Part shown: piece after piece, positions 1 to 9,800 of the stretch
How the letters are laid out: each line of letters begins with the position of its first letter
How positions within the stretch are numbered: position 1 is the stretch's first letter
Notes under the pieces: model-generated
Seen by the model: the letters and a program-made list of their open reading frames with translations, nothing else
Database searches by the model: none
Told to the model about the DNA's origin: nothing
Source: Bacteroides sp.
GTDB lineage: Bacteria; Bacteroidota; Bacteroidia; Bacteroidales; SM23-62
Direction: 5' to 3'
Assembly (NCBI GenBank): GCA_011053095.1
Contig: DRHS01000137.1
Span: forward strand, 1,120 to 65,119
Length of the DNA stretch: 64,000 nt
Program-made: the position numbers and the translations under genes

Positions 1-1
1 T

Positions 2-184
2 AGCTGGATTCTATATCTGCTTCCAACACAGGCCACACTGAATCTTATCTGGGGTTCTTTTCATTCCATAGGAACTGCCGACCTGGTTTATTCTCTTGTC
101 TACCTTCCAATTTGCCTGCTTTTTAGTTATTCATATGCAGCATATTCTTTCCGTCGACACATTATCATATCAAGTAATTCATGA
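2..184 (+). CDS. 3' end of ABC-2 type permease (partial, runs off window start)
   Basis: Open frame SWILYLLPTQATLNLIWG...RRHIIISSNS*, hydrophobic; its TGA overlaps the next ATG (ATGA at 181-184). Confidence 0.7.
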   Translation, partial: SWILYLLPTQATLNLIWGSFHSIGTADLVYSLVYLPICLLFSYSYAAYSFRRHIIISSNS

Positions 185-891
185 GCAGGATAATTCACTA
201 TATTCAGAATGACACAAAGCTGATCTTCAGGGATCCTATTCTCTATGTGATGCTTGCTGTTCCCCTGATATTTATTGCCTTATTGCGATTCGGTCTCCCG
301 GCTCTAACCAAAATTTTTCCTGCGGTTGAACCCTATTCTAGTCTGCTGCTGGGAACTTTCTGTCTTGTGACCGCAGTGTTTCCCGCTTTCATATATTCCT
401 TTATCATGCTTGATGAAAAAGATCAGGATGTGGTAACTGCTATTCGGATTCTGCCTGTTTCATCAATGGAGTTTATTCTGATCCGCCTTCTGTTCATAAC
501 TGTCGTTTCATACACATTTATAACTATCTTGATTGCAACAACCGGGATTCTCGAATGGCCTCTCGTAAAGATTCTTCTTGCCTCCATACCCATTTGTCTG
601 ACAGCACCTGTAATGAGCCTGTTTATTGTGGGATTTGCCCGGAATAAGATTGAAGGTGCCACATGGATGAAGGGACTGAATTTTATATTGTTCCTTCCCG
701 CTCTTAGCTATTTTATACAGGGTCAGTACGAATATGTCCTTGGGCTGATTCCGGTATACTGGATCTTCAAAATGTTTGATCCTGGTTTTTCCGTCATTCC
801 ATACCATCTGAATTACCTGATTGCATTGGTATATCATCTCGTGTTCCTTGCTGCAGGAATCAGAATCTACCGCCAAAGAGTATTCCCATAA
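181..891 (+). CDS. ABC-2 type (fluoroquinolone-export-like) permease
   Basis: 236 aa, about 6 TM segments, LDEKDQ and ARNKIEG motifs typical of this permease family. Confidence 0.75.
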   Translation: MSRIIHYIQNDTKLIFRDPILYVMLAVPLIFIALLRFGLPALTKIFPAVEPYSSLLLGTFCLVTAVFPAFIYSFIMLDEKDQDVVTAIRILPVSSMEFILIRLLFITVVSYTFITILIATTGILEWPLVKILLASIPICLTAPVMSLFIVGFARNKIEGATWMKGLNFILFLPALSYFIQGQYEYVLGLIPVYWIFKMFDPGFSVIPYHLNYLIALVYHLVFLAAGIRIYRQRVFP

Positions 892-892
892 T

Positions 893-973
893 ACTGACAA
901 GTTTGCAGACAGGCTGACAAAAATTCCCTGTATCCCTTTTGGCACAGTAAATGTTAACGTATCTGTATATTTG
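893..973 (+). promoter_or_regulatory. Composite promoter: two CTGACAA repeats, sigma54-like TGGCAC-N5-ATGT, and a TATATTTG -7 element
   Basis: CTGACAA at 894-900 and 914-920; TGGCACAGTAAATGT at 940-954; TATATTTG at 966-973. Confidence 0.45.
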
Positions 974-994
974 AATACTTTAATTAATAATATT

Positions 995-1582
995 ATGGAT
1001 AATCTTGAAGTAAAATCATTTGAAGAACTGCAAACTAAGCTGGCATCGGAAAAACGCTCATTTCTTCTGATCTATAAAAAAGGTTCAGAGCAGAGCGACC
1101 GGGCATTTGATAATCTTGGGAAGGCATCTGAAGAGGCGAATGATATCGGGATATTTACCACTGATGTAAGCTTTGTGCGGGATATCCATGTCGAATATTC
1201 AATAAGTTCTGCTCCAACCCTGCTTGAATTCTCAGGCAGTGAATTGAAGAATTCCTACAAAGGAGCACACGATGCATCCTACTACAAAGGCCTGTTTGAC
1301 AATGCGGCCTATGTAGCCAAAGCCGAAAAGGAGGGTAGAAAGATAAAGCAGGTTACCGTCTATTCAACCCCGACATGTTCATGGTGTACAACACTGAAAT
1401 CATACCTGAATAAAAAAAATATCCGTTATTCGGATATCGATGTTTCAAAAAATGAATCCGCAGCACAGGAGATGGTTCGCAGAAGCGGACAACAGGGTGT
1501 TCCCCAGACATTGATCGGGGGAGAAATGATTGTCGGATTTGATAAAACAAAAATCAACCGCCTGCTTGAAATACAGGAGTAA
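995..1582 (+). CDS. Thioredoxin-fold + glutaredoxin (NrdH/YruB-like) fusion protein
   Basis: C-terminal VTVYSTPTCSWC...GQQGVPQ...IVGFD glutaredoxin; N-terminal Trx fold (SISSAPTLLEF) without CxxC; ATG at 995 after AT-rich leader. Confidence 0.85.
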   Translation: MDNLEVKSFEELQTKLASEKRSFLLIYKKGSEQSDRAFDNLGKASEEANDIGIFTTDVSFVRDIHVEYSISSAPTLLEFSGSELKNSYKGAHDASYYKGLFDNAAYVAKAEKEGRKIKQVTVYSTPTCSWCTTLKSYLNKKNIRYSDIDVSKNESAAQEMVRRSGQQGVPQTLIGGEMIVGFDKTKINRLLEIQE

Positions 1583-1610
1583 AAAAGATCATCACTTTAA
1601 TATATTTATA

Positions 1611-1898
1611 ATGAAAGAGTTACAACCCATTAATCAAAATGTACTTCTCGACATAACCGACGAAGCCGCAGAACAAACAACTGCTTCCGGAATTATAATC
1701 CCGGATACAGCAAGAGAAAAACCAAAGACTGCTGCTGTTGTGGGACTGAGCAATATTGAAAATGCAGAGATCTCTCTTGGAGATGTAGTTCTGTTTAAGG
1801 AATATTCCGGAACAGAAACTGAGTTTGAGGGCAAAAAATATCTGCTTATTCCATATGCGGATATCATGGCAAAAGTCGTAGAGACAGAATCAATCTAG
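1611..1898 (+). CDS. groES: Co-chaperonin GroES paralog (no adjacent groEL)
   Basis: Mobile loop TTASGIIIPDTAREKP; GDVVLFKEYSGTE...YLL...DIMA. Confidence 0.85.
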   Translation: MKELQPINQNVLLDITDEAAEQTTASGIIIPDTAREKPKTAAVVGLSNIENAEISLGDVVLFKEYSGTETEFEGKKYLLIPYADIMAKVVETESI

Positions 1899-1903
1899 CT
1901 GAC

Positions 1904-1940
1904 ATTGTGGGTAAACTGACCTCGTTGGTCGGTCCACAAT
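1904..1940 (+). terminator. Stem-loop after groES (no U-tract; terminator or 3' stabiliser)
   Basis: ATTGTGG/CCACAAT outer stem and ACTGACC/GGTCGGT inner stem around loop TCGTT. Confidence 0.45.
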
Positions 1941-2063
1941 AAATTGAGATGGCTTGTATGATTATAATATGTATTGTAAAACAGTCCCCCAACAACCATA
2001 ATATCAGAACATAATTATATTTTTGGGGCTTATTTCAATCATCTATTAACTAATCAACCAATC

Positions 2064-4184
2064 ATGAAGAGACTAATACCAGTTCTGGCTGTTTCAATAT
2101 TATTGGCAGCAGGCTGTAATCAAACAGGCAATGATATGAAAGATTCAGAGAATCCATTCTTCAGTGAATATTCAACCCCCTTCCAGGTTCCGCCTTTCGA
2201 TCTTATTGAATTGGACCATTTCCTTCCGGCTTATGAGAAGGCAATTGAAGTACGGGAACAGGAAATTGCGAAAATTGTAGACAATGCCGAAGAACCAAAT
2301 TTCAACAATACAATTGAGGCACTCGATAAATCCGGGAGACTCCTGACAAAGGTTGAAAATGTGTTTGGCCAGTATCAAGGCAGCAATACAAGTGATGAGC
2401 TTGATGTAATTGCCGAACAGGTTGAACCTATGGTTTCCGCCCACAGGGATGATATCAATCTTAATCCGGAACTTTTCAAACGTGTAAAAAGCGTACACGA
2501 TAATAAAGATAAATTTGGATTGGATACCGAACAGTCATCCCTTCTTGACCGGGTGTATAAAAATTTCATTCGCGGCGGTGCTAACCTCAGTGAAGGAAAC
2601 AAGACAACACTACGTGAGATAAACTCCAAGCTGGCCGTTCTTTCCCTGAAATTTGGAAAGAATGTCCTGAATGAAACCAATTCATTTAAGCTTTATATTG
2701 AGAATGAAGAAGATCTTGCCGGACTACCGGAAAATGTAATTGCTTCGGCGGCAAGTGCAGCCAAGGCAGATGGCCAGGAAGGAAAATGGCTCTTTACTAC
2801 CCAGAGACCCAGCATGTATCCTTTCCTTACGTACTCCGAAAAACGTGAGCTTCGTGAAATATTACATAAAGCATATTACAACCGGGGTGACAACAATGAT
2901 GACAATGACAATAAGGAAATCTTAAATGAAATTGTCAATCTCAGGTTGGAGAAAGCAAAGGTGCTCGGTTATGAAACTCATGCACACTACATTCTTGAAA
3001 AGAACATGGCCAAGACGCCTGAAAATGTATACAATCTCCTTAGACCCATATGGGATGCAGCATTGCCTCTGGCAATAGAGGAAGTGAGAGATATGCAGGC
3101 CCTGATTGACAAGGAGGGCGGAGATATAAAACTCGAGAATTGGGATTGGTGGTATTATGCAGAAAAGGTAAGAATGGCCAAATACGATCTTAACGATGAG
3201 GAAATTCGTCCCTATTTTAAACTTGAGAATGTAAGAGATGCGGCTTTCCAGGTTGCTGATAATCTCTGGGGACTAACATTCACTCCGCTTACCGATATCC
3301 CGAAACTCCACCCGGAGGCCCAGGCATTTGAAGTTAAAGAGGCAGATGGATCTCATATTGGTGTTTTGTATATGGATTTCTTTGTACGCCCGAGTAAACG
3401 GGGTGGTGCCTGGATGAGCTCGTTCCGTAAACAATACCGGGAAAACGGAGAGATGGTTACTCCCGTGATAACCAATGTATTTAACTTTGCAAAACCTACA
3501 GGGGATGCACCCGCTCTTCTCAGCTTCGACGAGGCAAGCACCATATTCCATGAATTCGGACATGCACTTCACGGATTGTTGTCTGACTGCAATTACCATA
3601 CTCTTTCCGGTACTTCGGTTTCCAGAGACTTTGTTGAACTGCCTTCCTCAATCATGGAAAACTGGTGTGCTGAGCCAGAGGTGATGAAAATATACGGCAA
3701 GCATTATGAAACGGGTGAAACCATTCCTGATGAACTTATCGCGAAGATCCAGAAAGCAGGGCATTTTAACCAGGGATTTACAAACCTTGAATATCTATCC
3801 GCCGCATTTCTTGATATGAACTGGCATACCCTGAAAGAAGCTACCAAGACAGATGTAAATGAATTCGAGTCAAATGCTCTTGATGAACTGGGATTGATCG
3901 AAGAGATTATGGTCCGTTATCGCAGTACCTATTTCAGCCATATTTTCGCCGGTGGGTATTCTGCCGGATACTATGCTTATAAATGGTCGGAGGTTCTTGA
4001 CGCAGATGCATTCGGCGCCTTTCAGGAGACGTCACTTTTCGATGCCGAAACTGCCAGATTGTATCGTGAAAACATCCTCGAAAGAGGAGGTTCTGATGAT
4101 CCCATGGAACTTTACAAGAAATTCAGGGGACGTGAGCCTTCTATTGAACCACTCCTTAAAAGGGATGGTTTGTCAAAGCCATAA
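2064..4184 (+). CDS. dcp: M3 family metallopeptidase (peptidyl-dipeptidase Dcp), lipoprotein
   Basis: HEFGH zinc motif, KRGGAWM, DFVELPS, GYSAGYYAYKW; lipobox LAAGC. Confidence 0.92.
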   Translation: MKRLIPVLAVSILLAAGCNQTGNDMKDSENPFFSEYSTPFQVPPFDLIELDHFLPAYEKAIEVREQEIAKIVDNAEEPNFNNTIEALDKSGRLLTKVENVFGQYQGSNTSDELDVIAEQVEPMVSAHRDDINLNPELFKRVKSVHDNKDKFGLDTEQSSLLDRVYKNFIRGGANLSEGNKTTLREINSKLAVLSLKFGKNVLNETNSFKLYIENEEDLAGLPENVIASAASAAKADGQEGKWLFTTQRPSMYPFLTYSEKRELREILHKAYYNRGDNNDDNDNKEILNEIVNLRLEKAKVLGYETHAHYILEKNMAKTPENVYNLLRPIWDAALPLAIEEVRDMQALIDKEGGDIKLENWDWWYYAEKVRMAKYDLNDEEIRPYFKLENVRDAAFQVADNLWGLTFTPLTDIPKLHPEAQAFEVKEADGSHIGVLYMDFFVRPSKRGGAWMSSFRKQYRENGEMVTPVITNVFNFAKPTGDAPALLSFDEASTIFHEFGHALHGLLSDCNYHTLSGTSVSRDFVELPSSIMENWCAEPEVMKIYGKHYETGETIPDELIAKIQKAGHFNQGFTNLEYLSAAFLDMNWHTLKEATKTDVNEFESNALDELGLIEEIMVRYRSTYFSHIFAGGYSAGYYAYKWSEVLDADAFGAFQETSLFDAETARLYRENILERGGSDDPMELYKKFRGREPSIEPLLKRDGLSKP

Positions 4185-4190
4185 TATACC

Positions 4191-4228
4191 GGAGGCTGTC
4201 TCCCGGGACAGCCTCCCTTCTCTCTTTC
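4191..4228 (+). terminator. Rho-independent terminator
   Basis: GGAGGCTGTC...GACAGCCTCC stem followed by pyrimidine run. Confidence 0.75.
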
Positions 4229-4290
4229 TCATAATACGCCCTGTTTCAAATTATTTCCTATATTAGATCCCTATCTCCAGACATAATACT

Positions 4291-5052
4291 ATGTTTATCC
4301 CACTCAGGATAAGATTGTTACATAATTTTGGCAGAAGTTCCTTTATCATTGGTTTTCTGTTTGCCCTGATTGGTCTTGCTTTCATTGTATATTTCAGTTT
4401 TCAGCTAAACTGGAAAATTCTCTTTGCAGATAAAGATGATTTTTCTCCTGCAGTAGCATACATTACAGCGTGCGAACCAACTCCCTATACCGTTGATGAC
4501 AATCCTCTCTTCGAGTATTACTATTCCTATTCCGTCGATGGAAATGCTCCGGTATCCGGATCCTTCCTTGAGTATGCTGAGAGTTATGCTTCCGGGAAGG
4601 AAATCCAGGTTGAATATCTGACAGAGTATCCGGAGGTCTCACGTTTTACCGGGAAAGACCGACGCAACTATGATCAGATTATGTTTCTTGGTGGGATCGG
4701 GGGACTTCTGTTTGGATTCTTTTTCCTCTATCCCTCAATACGCAAAACAAGACAGGAGCGCAAGATCCTTATCGCCGGTATTCCATCAAAAGGAAAACTC
4801 ATTCATGCAGAACCAACAAACCTGAATGTGAATGAGCAAACAGTATATAATCTCACCTATGAATATTCAACAGGACAGAACAAGACACAGGTGTTTTCAG
4901 TCAGATCCCATATGATCCGAAACCTTTCCGAGGAACATCATGAAACCATCGTATACGATCCAAGGAAGCCCTCCAGTGCGATTATCGTTGATACACTTCC
5001 CGGATCCGTTGCCAGGTATGTCAATAAAAAACTTGAGCATTTCCATACATAG
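4291..5052 (+). CDS. Membrane protein with two DUF3592-like TM/beta repeats
   Basis: Two TM helices, each followed by a related beta-rich unit (ACEPTPYTVDDNPLFEYYYSY / HAEPTNLNVNEQTVYNLTYEY). Confidence 0.6.
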   Translation: MFIPLRIRLLHNFGRSSFIIGFLFALIGLAFIVYFSFQLNWKILFADKDDFSPAVAYITACEPTPYTVDDNPLFEYYYSYSVDGNAPVSGSFLEYAESYASGKEIQVEYLTEYPEVSRFTGKDRRNYDQIMFLGGIGGLLFGFFFLYPSIRKTRQERKILIAGIPSKGKLIHAEPTNLNVNEQTVYNLTYEYSTGQNKTQVFSVRSHMIRNLSEEHHETIVYDPRKPSSAIIVDTLPGSVARYVNKKLEHFHT

Positions 5053-5061
5053 ATAGTCCTG

Positions 5062-6375
5062 ATGAAGAACCACCCCAACAGACCCTTTGCTCCTGCAAAA
5101 TTTCCAGTCTTTTATGGCTGGATCATTCTTGCTGTCGGTACTCTTGGTATAATAATGAGTCTGCCGGGGCAGACGATCGGTGTATCAATTTTCACTGAAA
5201 GCCTGCTCAGGGACCTTGAGATCAACCGTGACAACCTCAGCCTGGCTTACCTTATCGGAACAGTAGCATCAGGGTTGCTCATTACCCGGGCAGGGAAGTT
5301 CTATGATAAATATGGGGCCAGGGTATTGGCATTGATTGCAGCAGGAATGCTTGGATTTATGCTGCTATATCTGACCCGGGTAGAATCTTTCGTCGAATTC
5401 CTGAATTCCAGGATGAAAATGTCTGCTGCACTGGCAACTTTTATAATTCTTATAATCGGTTTCTGGGGAATACGCTTTTTTGGACAGGGTCTTTTAACCA
5501 TGGTTTCCAGGAATATGGTTATGAAATGGTTTAATAAAAGAAGGGGACTGGCCAATGCGGTCCTTGGCATTTTTTCAGCATTCGGATTTGCTATGGCCCC
5601 GAAGATATTCAGCCAGATCATCGACCGATATAACTGGCAGGGAACATGGTTATTGCTGGGTATAGTCATAGGAGTCGGATTTGTCGTTGTCCTCCTGACC
5701 CTTTACAGGGATAATCCTGAGGATTGCGGCCTGGTCGCTGATGGCACCCGATTCAACAATAAAAAATTCAAAAGACCCCCCAGTCTTCCTGATCGGGATT
5801 ACAGCCTTTCAGAGGCAAGAAGAACCTGGGCTTTTTGGGGATTTACTGCCGGGATCGCCCTTTCGGGATTTTATATCAGCGGATTGATATTCCATATTGA
5901 ATCGGTCTTTAAGATTGCCGGAATGAGTAAGGAAATGGCCCTGGGAATTTTCATTCCTACCTCCATTATTGCGATTGTAGTGCAATTTGCCTGTGGGTAT
6001 ATAAGTGATTTTATCCGGCTGAAATATCTGTTGATGCTGTTTATGCTGGGAATGCTGACAACGAGTATTGGTCTTATTTTCCTGGGAGGGACGGATGCAT
6101 CCTATTGGTTGATCATCATCGGGAACGGGGTGGTTTGGGGACTCTTCACTGTGCTTATAGCTGTTACATGGCCCAGGTTTTATGGACTAAAGAACCTGGG
6201 AGCTATATCAGGTTCTTCAATTAGTCTTTCTGTAATTGGTTCTGCAGTAGGTCCGTATTTTTTCAGCCTCTCTTTAAGTCAATTTGGTAATTATAATTTT
6301 GTTGCCGTTCTATCCATTGTCCTGGCGGTTCTTATTTTTATTATGGCATTTAAAGCAAATAATCCAAACGAATAA
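5062..6375 (+). CDS. MFS transporter
   Basis: 437 aa, about 12 TM; FYGW start, GKFYDKYGAR motif A, KWFNKRRGLA. Confidence 0.9.
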   Translation: MKNHPNRPFAPAKFPVFYGWIILAVGTLGIIMSLPGQTIGVSIFTESLLRDLEINRDNLSLAYLIGTVASGLLITRAGKFYDKYGARVLALIAAGMLGFMLLYLTRVESFVEFLNSRMKMSAALATFIILIIGFWGIRFFGQGLLTMVSRNMVMKWFNKRRGLANAVLGIFSAFGFAMAPKIFSQIIDRYNWQGTWLLLGIVIGVGFVVVLLTLYRDNPEDCGLVADGTRFNNKKFKRPPSLPDRDYSLSEARRTWAFWGFTAGIALSGFYISGLIFHIESVFKIAGMSKEMALGIFIPTSIIAIVVQFACGYISDFIRLKYLLMLFMLGMLTTSIGLIFLGGTDASYWLIIIGNGVVWGLFTVLIAVTWPRFYGLKNLGAISGSSISLSVIGSAVGPYFFSLSLSQFGNYNFVAVLSIVLAVLIFIMAFKANNPNE

Positions 6376-6386
6376 AACCCGTTATC

Positions 6387-6767
6387 ATGAAAGACCTTAA
6401 GAAAACCATTCATATCAAAGTCCCACGTGAAGAAGTCTACAACGCTATTACCAATCCACTTACAATCGAATTATGGTCCGGATACCAGACCGTAATGGAT
6501 AACAGGCCGGACACTGAATTCTCTATGTTTGATGGTGATATCACAGGCAGGATTAAAACCCTGGAGTCTCCTTCACTTCTTGAGCAAATCTGGGACTTCG
6601 GTGACCAGGAAGCCGAATCACATGTACGCATTGAATTGTTTGAAGAAAAAGGTAAAACCAGGATCGAACTAAATCATTCCAATATTCCCGACGATGCCTT
6701 TGAAAACATCGAAATCGGCTGGAAGGAATATTACCTTGGGGCACTTAAAACCTATCTTGAGACTTAG
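6387..6767 (+). CDS. SRPBCC / Aha1-C-like domain protein
   Basis: EEVYNAITNP...FSMFDGDITG...QIW...GWKEYY pattern. Confidence 0.8.
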   Translation: MKDLKKTIHIKVPREEVYNAITNPLTIELWSGYQTVMDNRPDTEFSMFDGDITGRIKTLESPSLLEQIWDFGDQEAESHVRIELFEEKGKTRIELNHSNIPDDAFENIEIGWKEYYLGALKTYLET

Positions 6768-6833
6768 GTCCCACTGCATCTGTATTTCAGCCTTATATTT
6801 GTATCTTTAGTGCTGAAATCCCTCAGGCTGAAA

Positions 6834-9800
6834 ATGAGACCATTTATCGCTTTTGTTATTATTATTTTTTGTCTATTTCCTGCAAATGCGAGGGACCTGG
6901 ATGAAATTAAGAAGAGCGGTAAGATCCGTATTGCTTTTACAGAAACCGATTATAATACAATAAACTATCCCCTTGCCATTGAATTCGCACGCTACCTTAA
7001 TGTTGAACTTGAAGAGGTGACAATAGAATGGGACCAGGCATTCCAAATCAATGGTAAAATTCCGGATGATCTCAAAACCAACCCGGAGGTTTCTTATACC
7101 CCGGAAATCTTCTCAAGTGTTGATGCAATTTTCAGCACATTTTCCATCCTCGAGTGGAGAAAAAAAATATTTGGCTTTTCAGAAACCCTTTATTCGGCTG
7201 AGTTGATCATGATCAGCGAGGAGGGCGACGCTCCGAAAAACTATGAGGAATTAAAAGGGAAAAGCATTGCCATGATGCGGGGAACAAGCTTCGAAAGCCG
7301 GATATCGGAAATAAACGAATCTATCGGTGGTGGAATTACAACAATTTTAACGGAGAACTCAGATGATGCAAAAAACCTTCTTACCAGCGGTGACGTATGG
7401 GGAGTCGTTCTGGATGCAGATGAAGCTCTGAATTTCAGGATCAATAATAACAATGAATTTAAGATAGGAATACCTATAAGTGCCGTCAGTAAAACGGCAT
7501 ATGCCGTTGAAAAGGGAAATTCCCTTCGTGAAGAAATAGAAAACTTTTTTGAGACTATTTCAAACAATGGTGTGCTTGACAGAATCTTCAACGATATGTT
7601 CGGCGTTACGTATTCATCTTATTTTCAGCAAATATCGAAGAATTCGCGCCTTGAGTTGCTTAACCGGGATCTGGGCGAGATCCTTGAATCCAAAAAACTT
7701 GTTGTGGCCCTGAGGGAAAGAAATTTCGTTTACAAGGAGGGTGGACCTAAACAACTCATGCATGCCCTTGCTGAGGAGTTTGCAGATTTTCTGGGCGTAC
7801 AGATGGAGTTTGTGATAACCCCATATTTTGCCAAATACTGGGAAACTGATGATGGGCAAGTCGTAAGGGATAGTTCTTACACCCCGGAATGGTTCAATTA
7901 TTATGATGTGGCATGCGAAGTAATTGCTCCTCTTGACTGGAGAACAAACAAGGTTGAACTGGTGGGTATATACCCTTCTGAATATACTGTAATAGCAAAA
8001 AAGGATACCAGGATAAGAAGTATTGAAGATTTAAAAAACCTGTATGGAGTAACCTCCAGTCAAACAGTGTATGAACAAATTCTTCTCGAGAACGGGATTG
8101 ACAGTTTCTATTTTGCCAAGGTAAATGATTATCTGAGTGATATCAAGGACGGGAAAGCAGATTATACCATCATTTATAATGCATTCTTCGAACTTTCTGA
8201 TTATCCTGAACTGGAAGTTAAATTACCGCTTGGGGAACTTGTAGTTTCATGGGCAGTCAGGAAAGACCAGCCTGAATTAAAGTGGGCCCTTGAAGAATTC
8301 ATTAAAAGATCCGAAGAAAAGGGATTGATTAATATCCTTATAAAAGCGATGAGGGGACAAACCCTTCAAACCACGGAAGACTTCATCAGCAGCTATTATG
8401 AACGATTTCAGACTGGACAGCTTCCCTATGTTCTCTATGGTGTTGAGGATGGGCTTCCACAGGAAGATATATTTTCTATCTACCAGGATAAGAAGGGATA
8501 TATGTGGTTCGGTACAAACTCAGGGGTTGTAAAGTACAATGGTCGTGAAATGAAGGTATGGAATACTAATAATGGTCTTGTTGACAATACCGTTCTTGAT
8601 ATAAAGCAGGATACAGGGGGACTAATGTATTTTGCTACTTCAAAAGGTATAGCAGTATTTGAAGAGGATAGCATCGTGGATAATATTCTGGAGGAGGTCT
8701 CGTTCAATAATATTTTTATAGACAGCTATGATACCAAATGGCTGCTGGGGGACGATGGCATTTACCTAATTGATCCCGAATCAAACCTGACTCACTTTAA
8801 TGATTCATGGCCTGAACTGCCGGACAATATTTACGATATCAGCGAAGATCCCGTAACCAGCGATAAATACATTGCAAGTTCGGAGGGTATCTTTATTTAC
8901 TCCCTGGCCGATAATACCCTTACAAGAGTTTTTGATGAATATTGCTATTCCATTTTTATCGATGTGAATGACAGTGTCTGGATCTCAACCCAGGATGGAC
9001 TGTTCATATCAAGCCGAGGGGATTTTAGATCGGGACAGCTTCCAGATAGAAAAAGAAGGCTGAATAAAAGTCTGGATGTTTCAGGCGCGATCATTAAAGG
9101 TATTTACCAGAACAGCTTCGGATCAGTTTGGCTGATTTCTGACTCAGAAATTCTTCAGGTCCTCTCGACTGACCAGGAAGCCATTAAGTATGAGAAGGAA
9201 ATTGGCCTGAACAATAATAATATCCTTTCGTTCTGGGTCGATCTTGAAGATAATATCTGGATCGGATTCTCTGGTGGACTGCAGAGACTGACTAATAAAA
9301 GGGGACTTCGGAATTTTTATCCGAATACAATTAATTCCTATATCTACTCTTCTTTTGAAGACAAATATGGAAGGATATGGATTGCCTCCAATAATGGCAT
9401 ATATTATTATAGCGATAACCTTGTTAATTTCTCATCAAAACTTTCCTCTCAGACTGAAAAATTCTGTGCTACCCTACTACCTTCCGGAAACATCCTGGCG
9501 GCATCCTCCGAAGGATTATACGAGATCAGTGCCAATACCCTGCAGGTTGTCCGGCGACGTAAATTTTCAAATTATCTGCTGAGTATTGAAAATATTACTG
9601 TTTCTGAAAATGGTGAGATATTCCTGCTGACCGGTCTGAGTGGGGTCGTTTACTATATGAATGAATTCAGGTCTGATCCTCAGGTAATTGAAAACAAACA
9701 GACTACAAACATCTATCAGCTTATCGATTTGCATGGGACAATTATTGGTGGAAATAAGGATGAAATAGTGGACTTCCATGATGGGAATTTCCGGACCATT

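Noticed and set aside
821-994. Upstream extension of the glutaredoxin ORF (track start 821); similar extensions for groES (1530), DUF4271 (47873) and A2M (51097)
   Set aside because: They overlap upstream genes or promoter elements; downstream starts fit better
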